A DNA stretch of 64,000 nt, taken from a virus. The notes under the pieces were generated by a model. The model made no database searches, was not told the origin of the DNA, and saw only the letters and a program-made list of their open reading frames with translations. How positions within the stretch are numbered: the stretch's first letter is position 1; each line of letters begins with the position of its first letter. A program made the translations under genes and the position numbers. The stretch covers positions 19,892 to 83,891 of IMG/VR virus record IMGVR_UViG_3300009104_000009; one strand, given 5' to 3'. Shown in pieces: positions 48,631 to 58,394 of the stretch.

Positions 48631-48753
48631 AGGGGGGCGGACCCGAGTACGGACCCGGTGAGATCTACCTAAATGAAGTTAAGAGGACTATCAATAAGGC
48701 CCGCAGGTTACGCGCCGCAGGGATGAAGATAGGATAGTTTAGGCTCTTCCCCA
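48631..48753 (+). ncRNA. candidate ncRNA ending in CCA directly before tRNA-Asn
   Basis: GC-rich; starts GGGGGG and ends TTCCCCA; stems CCTAAA/TTTAGG and ACTATC/GATAGT. Confidence 0.4.
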
Positions 48754-48758
48754 TTTAT

Positions 48759-48833
48759 TGCCTAGTAGTTCAGAGGTAGAACGTCTGACTGTTAATCAGA
48801 ATGTCGCTGGTTCGATCCCAGCCTAGGCAGCCA
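48759..48833 (+). tRNA. tRNA-Asn(GTT)
   Basis: Acceptor TGCCTAG/CTAGGCA, anticodon arm TCTGA-CTGTTAA-TCAGA, GGTTCGA T-loop, encoded CCA. Confidence 0.95.
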
Positions 48834-48846
48834 ATCTAAATATAGT

Positions 48847-49194
48847 ATGGGAAACTTTTTAGGAAAATTACTTGAAGCTATATTAGATTTCATCTGGCAG
48901 ATGCTCTGGAAGAAAGGTGAGAAGAAGAATAGAAAGAAGTCTCTAAAGCAATTTTGGAAAGATCATAAAGCGGAGGAGAAAAAGAAAGCAGATGATTTAT
49001 GGGCTCTTCCGTTCAAGGAAAAAGTTAAACGAAGTTTTAGTTTTATGTTCTGGTTAATATTTTGGGGGATTGCGATTGGAGTTATATTTGGTTTTCTTGC
49101 GGTATATGCTCCGGTAGTATTTAAGTGGGTCTTATTAGTTATAGATGGGTCATGGATATCTGAACTAAGAGAACCTGGATCACAATGGAAATAG
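48847..49194 (+). CDS. membrane protein
   Basis: Hydrophobic TM segment with a basic N-region. Confidence 0.6.
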   Translation: MGNFLGKLLEAILDFIWQMLWKKGEKKNRKKSLKQFWKDHKAEEKKKADDLWALPFKEKVKRSFSFMFWLIFWGIAIGVIFGFLAVYAPVVFKWVLLVIDGSWISELREPGSQWK

Positions 49195-49200
49195 GAGATT

Positions 49201-49383
49201 ATGAGTATAGAGATTATTTTGTTTATAGTAGGTTATGTGGTTAGTTTTTTATTCGGTTATTCTATTGCATGGCAAAGGGCAACGGGAGTGATTGCTAGTA
49301 AGACAGTAGACATGTTAGAAGCTCAAGGATATTTAAAGACTAAGAAGGTAGGCAATGAAACTGAAATAGTAAAGGTTCAATGA
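49201..49383 (+). CDS. small membrane protein
   Basis: SD sequence AGGAG; one TM helix. Confidence 0.6.
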   Translation: MSIEIILFIVGYVVSFLFGYSIAWQRATGVIASKTVDMLEAQGYLKTKKVGNETEIVKVQ

Positions 49384-50342
49384 AAATTATCGCAGGTAAT
49401 TCAAATAAGGATTTAGCTTTATCAATTGCTCAATATTGTAAACAACCATTATGTGAAATAGAATTAGTTAAATTTGCTGACAATGAAGTGTCATGTATGA
49501 TCAAAGAGAATGTGCGTGGCGAAGATGTATTCATTATTCAGAGTACGTGTAATCCTGCTAATGATCATTTAATGGAGATGTTGGTATTAATAGATGCTTG
49601 TAGGAGAGCATCAGTTAAAAGTGTAACAGCGGTGATTCCTTATTTCGGTTATGCAAGACAAGATAGAAAACCTGTTTCCAGAACACCTATAACATCTAAA
49701 TTAGTAGCTAAGATGTTAGAAGCGGCAGGTGCTGATAGAATAGTAACAATGGATTTACATGCCGGACAGATACAAGGGTTCTTTAATATTCCGGTGGATG
49801 ATTTAAGTTCAAAGCCTTTGTTCGTAGAGGACCTGAAAGCTGGAAGAGAATGGGGTGATATTGAACAAGTAATAATTTCTCCGGATGCTGGTGGAGTTGC
49901 TAGAGCAAGAAAGGTTGCAAAGAAATTAGATCTGGAAATAGCGATCATTGATAAACGTAGAGAAAAAGCTAATCAAGTTGCATCAATGAATGTTATTGGA
50001 GATGTAGAAGGAAAGAGATGTGTTATTGTTGATGATATAATTGATACAGGTGGAACACTTATTCAAGCAGCAGAAGCATTATTAGAAAGAGGTGCTGAAT
50101 CTGTTGAAGCATATATAACACATGGAGTTTTAAGTAAAGGTGGAAAACAAAGAATAGAAGAATCTGAAGCTATAACTAAATTAGTAATAACAGATACAAT
50201 ACCAAATAGTGAATCGTGGATTAATCCTGAAAGACAATTACCAGCTATACAAGCAGTAAGGATATTACCAGTGGCACCTGTATTTGCTGAAGCGATTAGA
50301 AGAATAAATCATAATGAATCAATTTCGATATTATTTGAATGA
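49380..50342 (+). CDS. prs: ribose-phosphate pyrophosphokinase
   Basis: FADNEV, PYFGYARQDRK, DLHAGQIQGFF, SPDAGG, VDDIIDTGGT. Confidence 0.97.
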   Translation: MKIIAGNSNKDLALSIAQYCKQPLCEIELVKFADNEVSCMIKENVRGEDVFIIQSTCNPANDHLMEMLVLIDACRRASVKSVTAVIPYFGYARQDRKPVSRTPITSKLVAKMLEAAGADRIVTMDLHAGQIQGFFNIPVDDLSSKPLFVEDLKAGREWGDIEQVIISPDAGGVARARKVAKKLDLEIAIIDKRREKANQVASMNVIGDVEGKRCVIVDDIIDTGGTLIQAAEALLERGAESVEAYITHGVLSKGGKQRIEESEAITKLVITDTIPNSESWINPERQLPAIQAVRILPVAPVFAEAIRRINHNESISILFE

Positions 50343-51700
50343 ATCCTAAAACACATCCGACATATTGTCACTATCCATTTAAAGCCATGACTTTTAAGAA
50401 GTGGTCTAAGGATGGTAAGAGACCTATTAATGTTACACCTTGCTGTATGATGATGAATCCTGTAGAGCAAGAAGATGAGGAACCGGATAAGCATTATAAT
50501 ATGGGGCTTACCGAAGATGTGTTAAAGGGAAAGAATCCTTTAGAAATATTTAATTCGGAACCATATGAAAAGCTAAGAAATGATTTATCAAATGGTATAA
50601 AGAATGAAGCATGTACTGTTTGCTGGAAACAAGAAGAAGACGGTTTAGAATCATTTAGACAATGTTCTGATTTATATGGTGGTTCTGAAGGTTTATTTGA
50701 GTTTGACATAACCCTTTCTAACCTATGCAATTTAGCGTGTAGAATGTGCAATATGGGAAGTTCTCACCAAATAGGTAAGGATATAAAGGAATTGATCAAG
50801 ACAGGTTATTATGATGACTTTCAGGAGGCTAGCAATAGAGCAATGCCACAAGAGAAAGGTGTTGTATATGATTCTTCTTCAAATGATGTTATTGATTGGT
50901 TGATGAATAATACTCATCAGATAACAATGTTGAAAGCATCTGGTGGAGAACCTTTTTACGATAGAAGAGTTATAAAGGTATTAGAAAAATATGCTAAAGA
51001 TGGAACTGCAAAGAATACAACATTAAAGTTTCATACTAATGCTACTCAGTTTACACCCGAGTTAGCAAATTTATTAAATGAATTTAAAAGTCAAAATCAT
51101 ACGTTTAGTATAGATGGTACAGGTAAGGTTTATAATTATATTCGACATCTATCTGATTGGGATAAATTAAATGAGAGTCTAGATAATTATTTCAGTACAT
51201 GTACTAATATCGACAATCAATATTTTAATATGGTATTGTCTGGTCTTAATGTTTTAAATGCGGCTGACTATATAGAATGGGTTTGTAATAAATGTGAATA
51301 TTATAATGTTCCTAATTACTATATACATTTTTCAGAAATTTTTCCATATAATAGAGGAACAGCAGTTAGGAATGTATATAATCATTTGTTAGAAAAAGCT
51401 CTAGATAGAATTATAGAAATTATAGATGATGGTATAGCGTATGTTGCTCCTTCAGATACAGTTCAAGCTACTATAAGGGGCAAAGAATATAAAGCATGGT
51501 ATAGATTTGATTTACATAATCTAGTAGCACAAATACAAAACGGTATAAAGTTTGGTAATGGTACCTTTAAAAAATTAAAAGTAGAAACTGTTCTCCTAGA
51601 TCATGTTAGAGATCAGTGGTATGGGGATTACTTAGATAGAGACTTAACCGATCACTTAATTAAAGAGATTGTTATGCATCCCGATATACCGACGTTTTAA
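50339..51700 (+). CDS. radical SAM protein with SPASM/twitch-like Cys cluster
   Basis: YCHYPF, PCC, ACTVCW, CNLACRMC, SGGEPF, HTN, SIDG. Confidence 0.88.
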   Translation: MNPKTHPTYCHYPFKAMTFKKWSKDGKRPINVTPCCMMMNPVEQEDEEPDKHYNMGLTEDVLKGKNPLEIFNSEPYEKLRNDLSNGIKNEACTVCWKQEEDGLESFRQCSDLYGGSEGLFEFDITLSNLCNLACRMCNMGSSHQIGKDIKELIKTGYYDDFQEASNRAMPQEKGVVYDSSSNDVIDWLMNNTHQITMLKASGGEPFYDRRVIKVLEKYAKDGTAKNTTLKFHTNATQFTPELANLLNEFKSQNHTFSIDGTGKVYNYIRHLSDWDKLNESLDNYFSTCTNIDNQYFNMVLSGLNVLNAADYIEWVCNKCEYYNVPNYYIHFSEIFPYNRGTAVRNVYNHLLEKALDRIIEIIDDGIAYVAPSDTVQATIRGKEYKAWYRFDLHNLVAQIQNGIKFGNGTFKKLKVETVLLDHVRDQWYGDYLDRDLTDHLIKEIVMHPDIPTF

Positions 51701-51706
51701 AGAGAT

Positions 51707-51846
51707 TAAGAGATGTTGTTGTGTAGTGCGATCAGATGACTACTGATCAATAGCTACCGCGGCCGATTTCGTCACCGGCTCATTGAAATTGGTTCACAGA
51801 AAGGGCTTTATATCAAACCCTAGAATTGGTGGAATTGCATCTCTTA
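51707..51846 (+). ncRNA. candidate multi-branched structured RNA at the head of the tRNA cluster
   Basis: 9-bp closing stem TAAGAGATG/CATCTCTTA; internal GATCAG/CTGATC, GCCG/CGGC and AGGG/CCCT hairpins. Confidence 0.55.
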
Positions 51847-51852
51847 TATTTT

Positions 51853-51938
51853 GGGGAGGCTGTGCAAGTGGTGAGCTCAACAGACTGTAAATCTGCCGTC
51901 TAACGACTGTGGCGGTTCAACTCCGTCCCTCCCCACCA
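51853..51938 (+). tRNA. tRNA-Tyr(GTA)
   Basis: Acceptor GGGGAGG/CCTCCCC, CAGA-CTGTAAA-TCTG, long variable arm, CCA. Confidence 0.93.
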
Positions 51939-51955
51939 TTGTAGCTAAAATAAAA

Positions 51956-52029
51956 GCGAGTGTCGTATAATGGTATTACCTTAGGCTTCCAACCTAATGA
52001 CGCGGGTTCGATTCCTGTCACTCGCTCCA
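51956..52029 (+). tRNA. tRNA-Gly(TCC)
   Basis: GCGAGTG/CACTCGC, TTAGG-CTTCCAA-CCTAA, GGTTCGA, CCA. Confidence 0.95.
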
Positions 52030-52034
52030 GTATT

Positions 52035-52112
52035 GGTCCCATCGTCTAGTTAGGCCTAGGACGCCGGCTTGTCACGCCGGTAACATGGGTTCGAATCCCA
52101 TTGGGACCGCCA
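52035..52112 (+). tRNA. tRNA-Asp(GTC)
   Basis: GGTCCCA/TGGGACC, CCGGC-TTGTCAC-GCCGG, GGTTCGAATCC, CCA. Confidence 0.95.
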
Positions 52113-52124
52113 TAAAGATATAGT

Positions 52125-52898
52125 ATGGAATATAATTTAAAAAATAGAAATCAAATACCAAAAGATTATGAATGTTGTTATAATTGTTATTACATGTCCT
52201 GGATGGTTGCTATAGGTCAAGGAGTAAGATGTGGTAATATGAAAAATCAATATAGGATTTTTCGACCAGAAAGTAAAAAATTAAAATTGCCGGTGATTCC
52301 CGGCGTTGCTGAAAAATGCGAACACTTTTCAAATATTAGGAGGAAGATGAATTTGCGTTCCGATATGGGTGATGAACGTACAATGCCTATTCGTCATGAT
52401 ATAGATGTAAATAGAATTTTGGAAGAAATAAAAGTTGTTGGAGAAAGTTGGAAAGAAGATGACAAATGTCAAATAATGATACAAGGAGTAGAAGGTAAAG
52501 AAGATGATTATTATTTTGGTTCCAGAGAATTTACAGAAGTAGCAATTGCTGGATATGCAGAATGGGATTTTAAGGTTCCTTTATTTCCAGAAATGGAATA
52601 TACTAATAGTTTGTTAAAGGAATTGAAAATGTTTCGATCTCGATTAATGATGTTAAAACCGAAAACATGTTTATCGTGGCATAATGATCCTAGTATGAGA
52701 ATTCATATTCCTTTAACTGGAGACACGGATAGTTTCCATCTTATAGAAAATGCAGAAGGTACAAAAACAGTATATCATATATATCCAGGAGAGGTACATC
52801 TAATGAATACAGAAGTATTTCATTCTGGAATTAATTTATCTAGAAAGGTTAGCAGAATACATATTGTAGGATGTGTTGATGTAGATGAAGATTATTGA
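52125..52898 (+). CDS. Asp/Asn beta-hydroxylase-like 2OG-Fe(II) oxygenase with Cys-rich N-terminal extension
   Basis: RSRLM...SWHND...RIHIPL...HSGIN...RIHIV; N-terminal CCYNC..C..C. Confidence 0.75.
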   Translation: MEYNLKNRNQIPKDYECCYNCYYMSWMVAIGQGVRCGNMKNQYRIFRPESKKLKLPVIPGVAEKCEHFSNIRRKMNLRSDMGDERTMPIRHDIDVNRILEEIKVVGESWKEDDKCQIMIQGVEGKEDDYYFGSREFTEVAIAGYAEWDFKVPLFPEMEYTNSLLKELKMFRSRLMMLKPKTCLSWHNDPSMRIHIPLTGDTDSFHLIENAEGTKTVYHIYPGEVHLMNTEVFHSGINLSRKVSRIHIVGCVDVDEDY

Positions 52899-53607
52899 TA
52901 AGTTTTGGACTCATAGAGGTTTTGGAACTGGCTTTGGGGATCTTATAAATCATTTATCATATGAATATAAGCAAGCCAAAGAACCAACAACCATAAGATG
53001 GTATTTACAGCCTCGAACGAACAGACAAATTCAAAGAGTTGTAAATTTTTTAAAACCCAATTCTTTTATTAAACATGAGTTCGGTGAGTATACTGAAAAA
53101 GAAGTGATACCATATAGTCAGCAAGACCATGAATATTGGGATGCCAATATATTACATAATCCCAGTAATGAAAAATATTGTGCTTTATGGTTATATGTAA
53201 AACATTATTCATCATCTCCTCACCATCAAGACAAAGTTGTAAGTCATTTTGAATTACAAAGATTGATTACAAAACTTAAATCTAAAAATTATAAAGTTGT
53301 GTTGATCCCCAATTTAAAAAATTCTGGAGGAGAAACATTATTTAATATCGATTATAATTTTGATCAATATAGTATATTGATTCAAACGATTTTAAGAAAT
53401 TGCACTTTCAGTATATGCTCTGAAGGTGGTCTAGCTCATTTATCTAGATTAATGAAAGTTCCTACTATATGTTATTTTGATCAAACGATGGCTTGGAAAG
53501 GCCATAACTTTGATCTCAGAAAATTTTGGACAGGAGATTTATATAGACCCTGTAACGATTTAATGCAATTTGAACAATTGGCTTCAGAAATATGTTACAT
53601 CAATTAA
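52885..53607 (+). CDS. glycosyltransferase-like protein
   Basis: GFGDLI and SEGGLAHL (GT-B heptosyltransferase-like). Confidence 0.55.
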   Translation: MKIIDKFWTHRGFGTGFGDLINHLSYEYKQAKEPTTIRWYLQPRTNRQIQRVVNFLKPNSFIKHEFGEYTEKEVIPYSQQDHEYWDANILHNPSNEKYCALWLYVKHYSSSPHHQDKVVSHFELQRLITKLKSKNYKVVLIPNLKNSGGETLFNIDYNFDQYSILIQTILRNCTFSICSEGGLAHLSRLMKVPTICYFDQTMAWKGHNFDLRKFWTGDLYRPCNDLMQFEQLASEICYIN

Positions 53608-54128
53608 CCGGATTTATAGACGACGATTTGTGCCAGAGTTTTACAACTTATGCACTAAGAGAGAGATTACATAATTTTAAATCATATGGAAAAGAAATGC
53701 CAGATACGCACGGCGTATACAAAGACAAGTTTGCTCAAGCTTGTATGTATTCTTTGCACGGTCGCGTACAAAAATATTTTAAAGATGAAATATTCCCCTC
53801 ATATGCTTATTATATTGTTTATGAGAATGGACATGAATTAAAAAAACACAAGGATAAAGATGTTTGCGAAATTACTCTCACTATACATACTGGTCACCTT
53901 TACGGCGATAGCTATAAAGGGACTGTATGGCCTATATATGTCGATGGCACTCCCATTCATGTAAATGTCGGCGAAGCATTGATGTACGAACAAAAAAAAG
54001 AACACAAGCCTGTGCATTGGAGAAAACCATTTGAAGGCGTATATCAAGTGCAGCTCCTTCTCCATTATGTTTCAGGATCTAAAGATAAAATCCCATATCC
54101 CATCAAAGAATTGATCGATTCGGCTTGA
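53592..54128 (+). CDS. 2OG-Fe(II) oxygenase
   Basis: LKKHKDK..CEITLT, WPIYV, GEALMY, HWRKPF, QLLLHYV. Confidence 0.8.
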   Translation: MLHQLTGFIDDDLCQSFTTYALRERLHNFKSYGKEMPDTHGVYKDKFAQACMYSLHGRVQKYFKDEIFPSYAYYIVYENGHELKKHKDKDVCEITLTIHTGHLYGDSYKGTVWPIYVDGTPIHVNVGEALMYEQKKEHKPVHWRKPFEGVYQVQLLLHYVSGSKDKIPYPIKELIDSA

Positions 54129-54214
54129 TCGATCGAATTATTTTCAATTTTGTTTACCAACAATTTCAATGAGATAGAGGTATCTGGTTGAAATCATTGA
54201 TAATCTTTTTTCAC

Positions 54215-54298
54215 CAATGATTTCAATACGATACTAGTATCCTATTGTTATCATTGCGAAACAAAACCGTTGCTTTTTTTGTCTAGATCAGTTATAAT
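54215..54298 (+). promoter_or_regulatory. early promoter with conserved upstream element (copy 2)
   Basis: TTGCTT-N17-TATAAT. A 28-nt block matches 45935-45962 with 2 mismatches. Confidence 0.8.
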
Positions 54299-54309
54299 AT
54301 AATTAAGAA

Positions 54310-54513
54310 ATGAAACAAATGCCCTTAATTCGAGAGAGATATATGGAAGATAATAGCTGGTTAGTAGGAGATGTTGTCGTAGTTGATTCACGCGAAGGTG
54401 TTGGTGAAATAACCAAGAAGAGTGAAACAGCTGATGGTGAGTATACTTATATGGTTGCTTATAAAGATGGAAGTGCCGTATGGGTTTCATGCGAAGATAT
54501 TTGCTTCGCTTAA
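54310..54513 (+). CDS. small SH3-like early protein
   Basis: VGDVVVV...GVGEI...YMV.Y.DGS.VWV. Confidence 0.55.
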   Translation: MKQMPLIRERYMEDNSWLVGDVVVVDSREGVGEITKKSETADGEYTYMVAYKDGSAVWVSCEDICFA

Positions 54514-54628
54514 TTTAATTATGGAGAGAGATATGATTACAGAGATCATTAGATTTTGTGGGACGGTTGTAATGTTTGTTGCAATGTATTTTTCAATTGT
54601 TTTAATATTTGCTTTATAGAGAGAGATC

Positions 54629-55057
54629 ATGAGAAAATTAACTTTATTATTTTTAGCATCAGCAATCGGTGCAAGCGTATTACACGCCAGTAAATTTAAA
54701 GTAGGTGACGAAGTACCATTCGGTGGAAAAGTTCTTATAGTAACTGCCATAGATGAAAATGGCGAACCACTTTTCAAAACAAAAGAACCTGTCGTTGTTA
54801 AAAAGGAATCAGGTTTTATTACAAAAGCTGTAAACCTTCTATTCACTTCCGAAGAGGAAGAGAAGGAATTGAGGGAAGAGTTAGATGATCAAACAAATGA
54901 TTTTCTATCTATTTTAAGAAATGAATTAAAGAGACAAGGTAAAGAACCTTGTGACACTTGTTATACAATGATGGAACCAGATGATCCTAGGATCCCTAAA
55001 GATTATTGTATTAGTTTAACTGGTTGTGCACCAGGTACAAACATGTATGGAGAGTAA
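54629..55057 (+). CDS. exported hypothetical protein
   Basis: Signal peptide; GAGAGAG upstream. Confidence 0.6.
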   Translation: MRKLTLLFLASAIGASVLHASKFKVGDEVPFGGKVLIVTAIDENGEPLFKTKEPVVVKKESGFITKAVNLLFTSEEEEKELREELDDQTNDFLSILRNELKRQGKEPCDTCYTMMEPDDPRIPKDYCISLTGCAPGTNMYGE

Positions 55058-55473
55058 TGGTTAGACCAAATTATAACCCGGAAGAAGTCAAAAAATATAT
55101 AACTTATCTTTGGAGTCAAGGTATGGTAGATATGTTAGCTGAAAAAGTTGCTAATGAAGGAATTGATGATCAACACATTGATCATGTAGAAGCAGAAGAA
55201 CAAATGGAATTGGAACGTGAAAGGGAACGTGATCGAAAACAATTCGAAATGTTTAACGATCCTGATTGGAATTGGTCAGGGTTAAGGTAATAATATTAGG
55301 TGAGAGATGTTTAAATATATTTTTTTAGGAATGTTATTAGGATACGCGTTCAGTTTTGTTAGTCCGGAATTTAATAATTTTATGTTTAACAATTTTATAA
55401 GTGTATGTAGATGGTTAGAAGTCCCAGAATCGATATGGATTTGGATGGACAAATATATATTTTATGGTAGGAT

Positions 55474-55761
55474 ATGATAGATGGATGTGACATATTAGAT
55501 ATTTCTCAAACGACTAGTATTTTTTGTAATCGATTAAGTGAAACTGGTGGAGATGTAGTTGAGTTCATTAACCCACCGGTTTTATATACAGCAAATTTAA
55601 TTACAGAATCAGATGTGAATCCAGAAATAACATTATTTGCCGGAATGGCTTTAATGTGTACAACATGGCCTGTAGCATTTGCACATGTGTGTATTCCAAT
55701 AGGCGTAGGTGTTGTTTACAATTGGTTCGAACAAGTTTTTAATTTATGGGGTTGGATATGA
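55474..55761 (+). CDS. membrane hypothetical protein
   Basis: Hydrophobic C-terminal half. Confidence 0.5.
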   Translation: MIDGCDILDISQTTSIFCNRLSETGGDVVEFINPPVLYTANLITESDVNPEITLFAGMALMCTTWPVAFAHVCIPIGVGVVYNWFEQVFNLWGWI

Positions 55762-55872
55762 GTCCGTTTAGACCAAATAGTAGTAGGGTAGATAAGTTAG
55801 AAAATCAAGTGGTAAATCTTAGACAACGAGTAGCAGAGTTGGAACGAGATTTAACATATCTTTATAAACATT

Positions 55873-56235
55873 ATGTGGAGAGAGAAAATGAGAACAGCAA
55901 TCGTTGAGATATTAGATGAAGGTGAAATAGTTTTAGGTTCTCGTACCAGAGGTCGATTCATGGTACGAAAAATGGAAGATGATGTCGAAATGGGTGGAGA
56001 ATTTTTTAAGACATCCGAAGATGCCGACAGAGCAGTTACTGCTTGGTCTGGTTTACATTATTTGAATAATGTAGTTATTGATTTAAGTTTAAATAGACCA
56101 TTACATGAACTTGAAGATTCATATTGGGAATTTATTGAACTAACTGAAGGTGAAGATTCAGCTGTATGGAGTAAACCTATTCAGAATGATTTTTCTGCAC
56201 TTGAAGGTTACCTTATGAGACAAGATAGGTTATAA
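55873..56235 (+). CDS. hypothetical protein
   Basis: Likely starts at MRTAIV after GGAGAGAG. Confidence 0.6.
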   Translation: MWREKMRTAIVEILDEGEIVLGSRTRGRFMVRKMEDDVEMGGEFFKTSEDADRAVTAWSGLHYLNNVVIDLSLNRPLHELEDSYWEFIELTEGEDSAVWSKPIQNDFSALEGYLMRQDRL

Positions 56236-56414
56236 TATGAAAGTAAAAAAGAAAAAGCGAAGTATAAGGGATATTATAATCCCTCCTCAATTACGAACCG
56301 CTGACCTGAGTGAAAGAAGGGCTATCGGGCATCCAACGGATCTTTTAGGGAATGAAATAGAGACTCCCAAAGATCGGGTTGCAAGATGGAATTACGAAAT
56401 AAAATATAATTAAT

Positions 56415-56726
56415 ATGAAACAATATATTTGTCCGGGAGTTACGGTAGAATATGAAGATGATATTCCAGTTAACCCAATTCGCGGTGTAAATAAAACATC
56501 AATTGCACCACCGCCACCAGAACCATATCGAAGAAAATCTTCTTTAGATGAAGTACCAGATAATTTTGTAGAACGTATTATGAAAGGTTCTGGAGGTAGT
56601 AGTAGAGTAAAAGAATCGAAAGAAGTAAGGATACCAGATGGATTTTGTATTGCTCCAGCATATAATAAAGGCGCATATCAAGTTGTCCCGCGGAATGATA
56701 CAGATGCTTATACTAATAGAAAATAA
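56415..56726 (+). CDS. conserved T4-like hypothetical protein
   Basis: IAPAYNKGAYQVV motif. Confidence 0.65.
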   Translation: MKQYICPGVTVEYEDDIPVNPIRGVNKTSIAPPPPEPYRRKSSLDEVPDNFVERIMKGSGGSSRVKESKEVRIPDGFCIAPAYNKGAYQVVPRNDTDAYTNRK

Positions 56727-56728
56727 AT

Positions 56729-57139
56729 ATGAATATAAAACTTGGACAGCCAGGTAGAAAGAATCGTGCTTTTAATATCCATATTGATGACTTTGATGTT
56801 TGGAGTTTGGATGACACACTTGCTAATATCATTCATCCTGCTCTTATTCGTTTGAAGAGTCGTATAAAGCATTTCGGATATCCTACTCCATATGAAGAAA
56901 CAGATATATTTGCTCAGCATGATATTCAAGGTTCATTTGAATTTATTGATTGGGATGCCGAGTCAAAATATTGGGAATCTCTTTGGATGCAAAGACTTGA
57001 TAAGATGATTGATGCATTCGATCTTATTAAAAATAAATTTGAATTAGATCATTGCGCAACCGATTGGGATGATTATGGTAGAAGGGTTGATGAAGGATTA
57101 GAATTATTTTCAAAATATTACGAACACTTATGGGATTAA
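56729..57139 (+). CDS. conserved T4-like hypothetical protein
   Basis: DVWSLDDTLANII.P.L..LK...LDKMI.AF...EGLELF.KYY..LWD. Confidence 0.7.
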   Translation: MNIKLGQPGRKNRAFNIHIDDFDVWSLDDTLANIIHPALIRLKSRIKHFGYPTPYEETDIFAQHDIQGSFEFIDWDAESKYWESLWMQRLDKMIDAFDLIKNKFELDHCATDWDDYGRRVDEGLELFSKYYEHLWD

Positions 57140-57426
57140 AAATGACACCAGTAGAAATTTTTGAATATAAACAAAGATGGTTACCTAACGGCTATAGTAT
57201 CAATGTTCATTCTGATTGGGATATACATGCTAGGCATTGGGTAAAAGAGAAGTTTGAAAAACACGAATGGATGTGGAAAGAATATACAGCCGTATATCAA
57301 AGTACATATCACTTTGAATGTTTTGATCACGCCAAAGCTTTTTTTGAATATCTGGATACTGAACATCCTCGATGTACTAAAGAATTTTTGGATAGTTGGG
57401 AAGTTAAACCTAAAGATTTAAGTTAA
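57130..57426 (+). CDS. hypothetical protein
   Basis: MTPVEIFEYKQRW... Confidence 0.6.
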   Translation: MGLKMTPVEIFEYKQRWLPNGYSINVHSDWDIHARHWVKEKFEKHEWMWKEYTAVYQSTYHFECFDHAKAFFEYLDTEHPRCTKEFLDSWEVKPKDLS

Positions 57427-58014
57427 ATGACATATCAAGATAAATCAAAAGAAACAGAAGCCTTAGCAGTCGAATCAGAATTATCTGAAAGAGGGTTTCA
57501 TATGTTTATGGGTGATGTAACTCAAGAAACAATGAAGCCTTTAATAGAATGGATTATTGCTGAAAATTTTAATCGGGGTAGAGAGTCAAAGAAAAAGAAA
57601 GAATTAACTTTAGGAATATGTTCTCCTGGAGGTGATTTAAATGCTTGCTTTGCTTTAGTAGATGTAATGAAAGGTTCCCAAATTCCAATTCGAACTATAG
57701 GCATGGGAATGATTGCGTCTTGTGGATTGTTAATGTTTATTTCCGGAGAACAGGGTAGGAGAATATTAACACCCAATACCTCCATTCTTTCTCATCAATA
57801 TTCTTGGGGAACTTATGGAAAAGAACATGAATTATTCGCTCAAGTAAAAGAATATGATTTAACCACCGAAAGAATAATTAATCACTATAAAAAATGTACT
57901 GGACTATCTGAAAAAGATATTCGAGAATTTCTATTACCACCACATGATGTTTGGTTGTCTGCTAAAGAGGCAAGAAAATTAGGATTATGTGATCACATTA
58001 AATCAACATATTAA
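57427..58014 (+). CDS. clpP: ClpP-family protease subunit
   Basis: ICSPGG, G.IASCG (catalytic Ser), ILSHQ, D.WLSA.EA..LGLCD. Confidence 0.88.
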   Translation: MTYQDKSKETEALAVESELSERGFHMFMGDVTQETMKPLIEWIIAENFNRGRESKKKKELTLGICSPGGDLNACFALVDVMKGSQIPIRTIGMGMIASCGLLMFISGEQGRRILTPNTSILSHQYSWGTYGKEHELFAQVKEYDLTTERIINHYKKCTGLSEKDIREFLLPPHDVWLSAKEARKLGLCDHIKSTY

Positions 58015-58394
58015 GGTTATATGAAAAGTAAGCAGTTTGGTAAAAGAGACCGACAGGAAGGTGCTATAAAAAGAACTGAAGCACAATTAGCAGTTTACGA
58101 ACAAAAGCTCGTAAATGATAAAGATAATAAAGATCTTAAAAAGAAGATCGAACGATCTAAGAAGACGATCGAAAACACTAAAAAGAATTTAAAAATATAA
58201 TGGGATTAGAAGCGGCAATTATACCCTTTATACCATGGCTAACAGAGGCGTGGCTATGGAGCAAATCAGTATACATCGCAGTGATATCCAGTACAATATA
58301 CCACTGGGATAAGCCTAACTATTTTTGTGAAAAGGTAAACTCACAAGGATACGATATAGGCGGAGTATTTTATTGTTTATAATAAAGGGATAAC

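Noticed and set aside
45540-52112. tRNA-Sec, tmRNA or CRISPR array
   Set aside because: I found no UCA-anticodon cloverleaf, no tmRNA ends and no regularly spaced repeats by eye; a covariance-model scan would be needed to exclude them fully.
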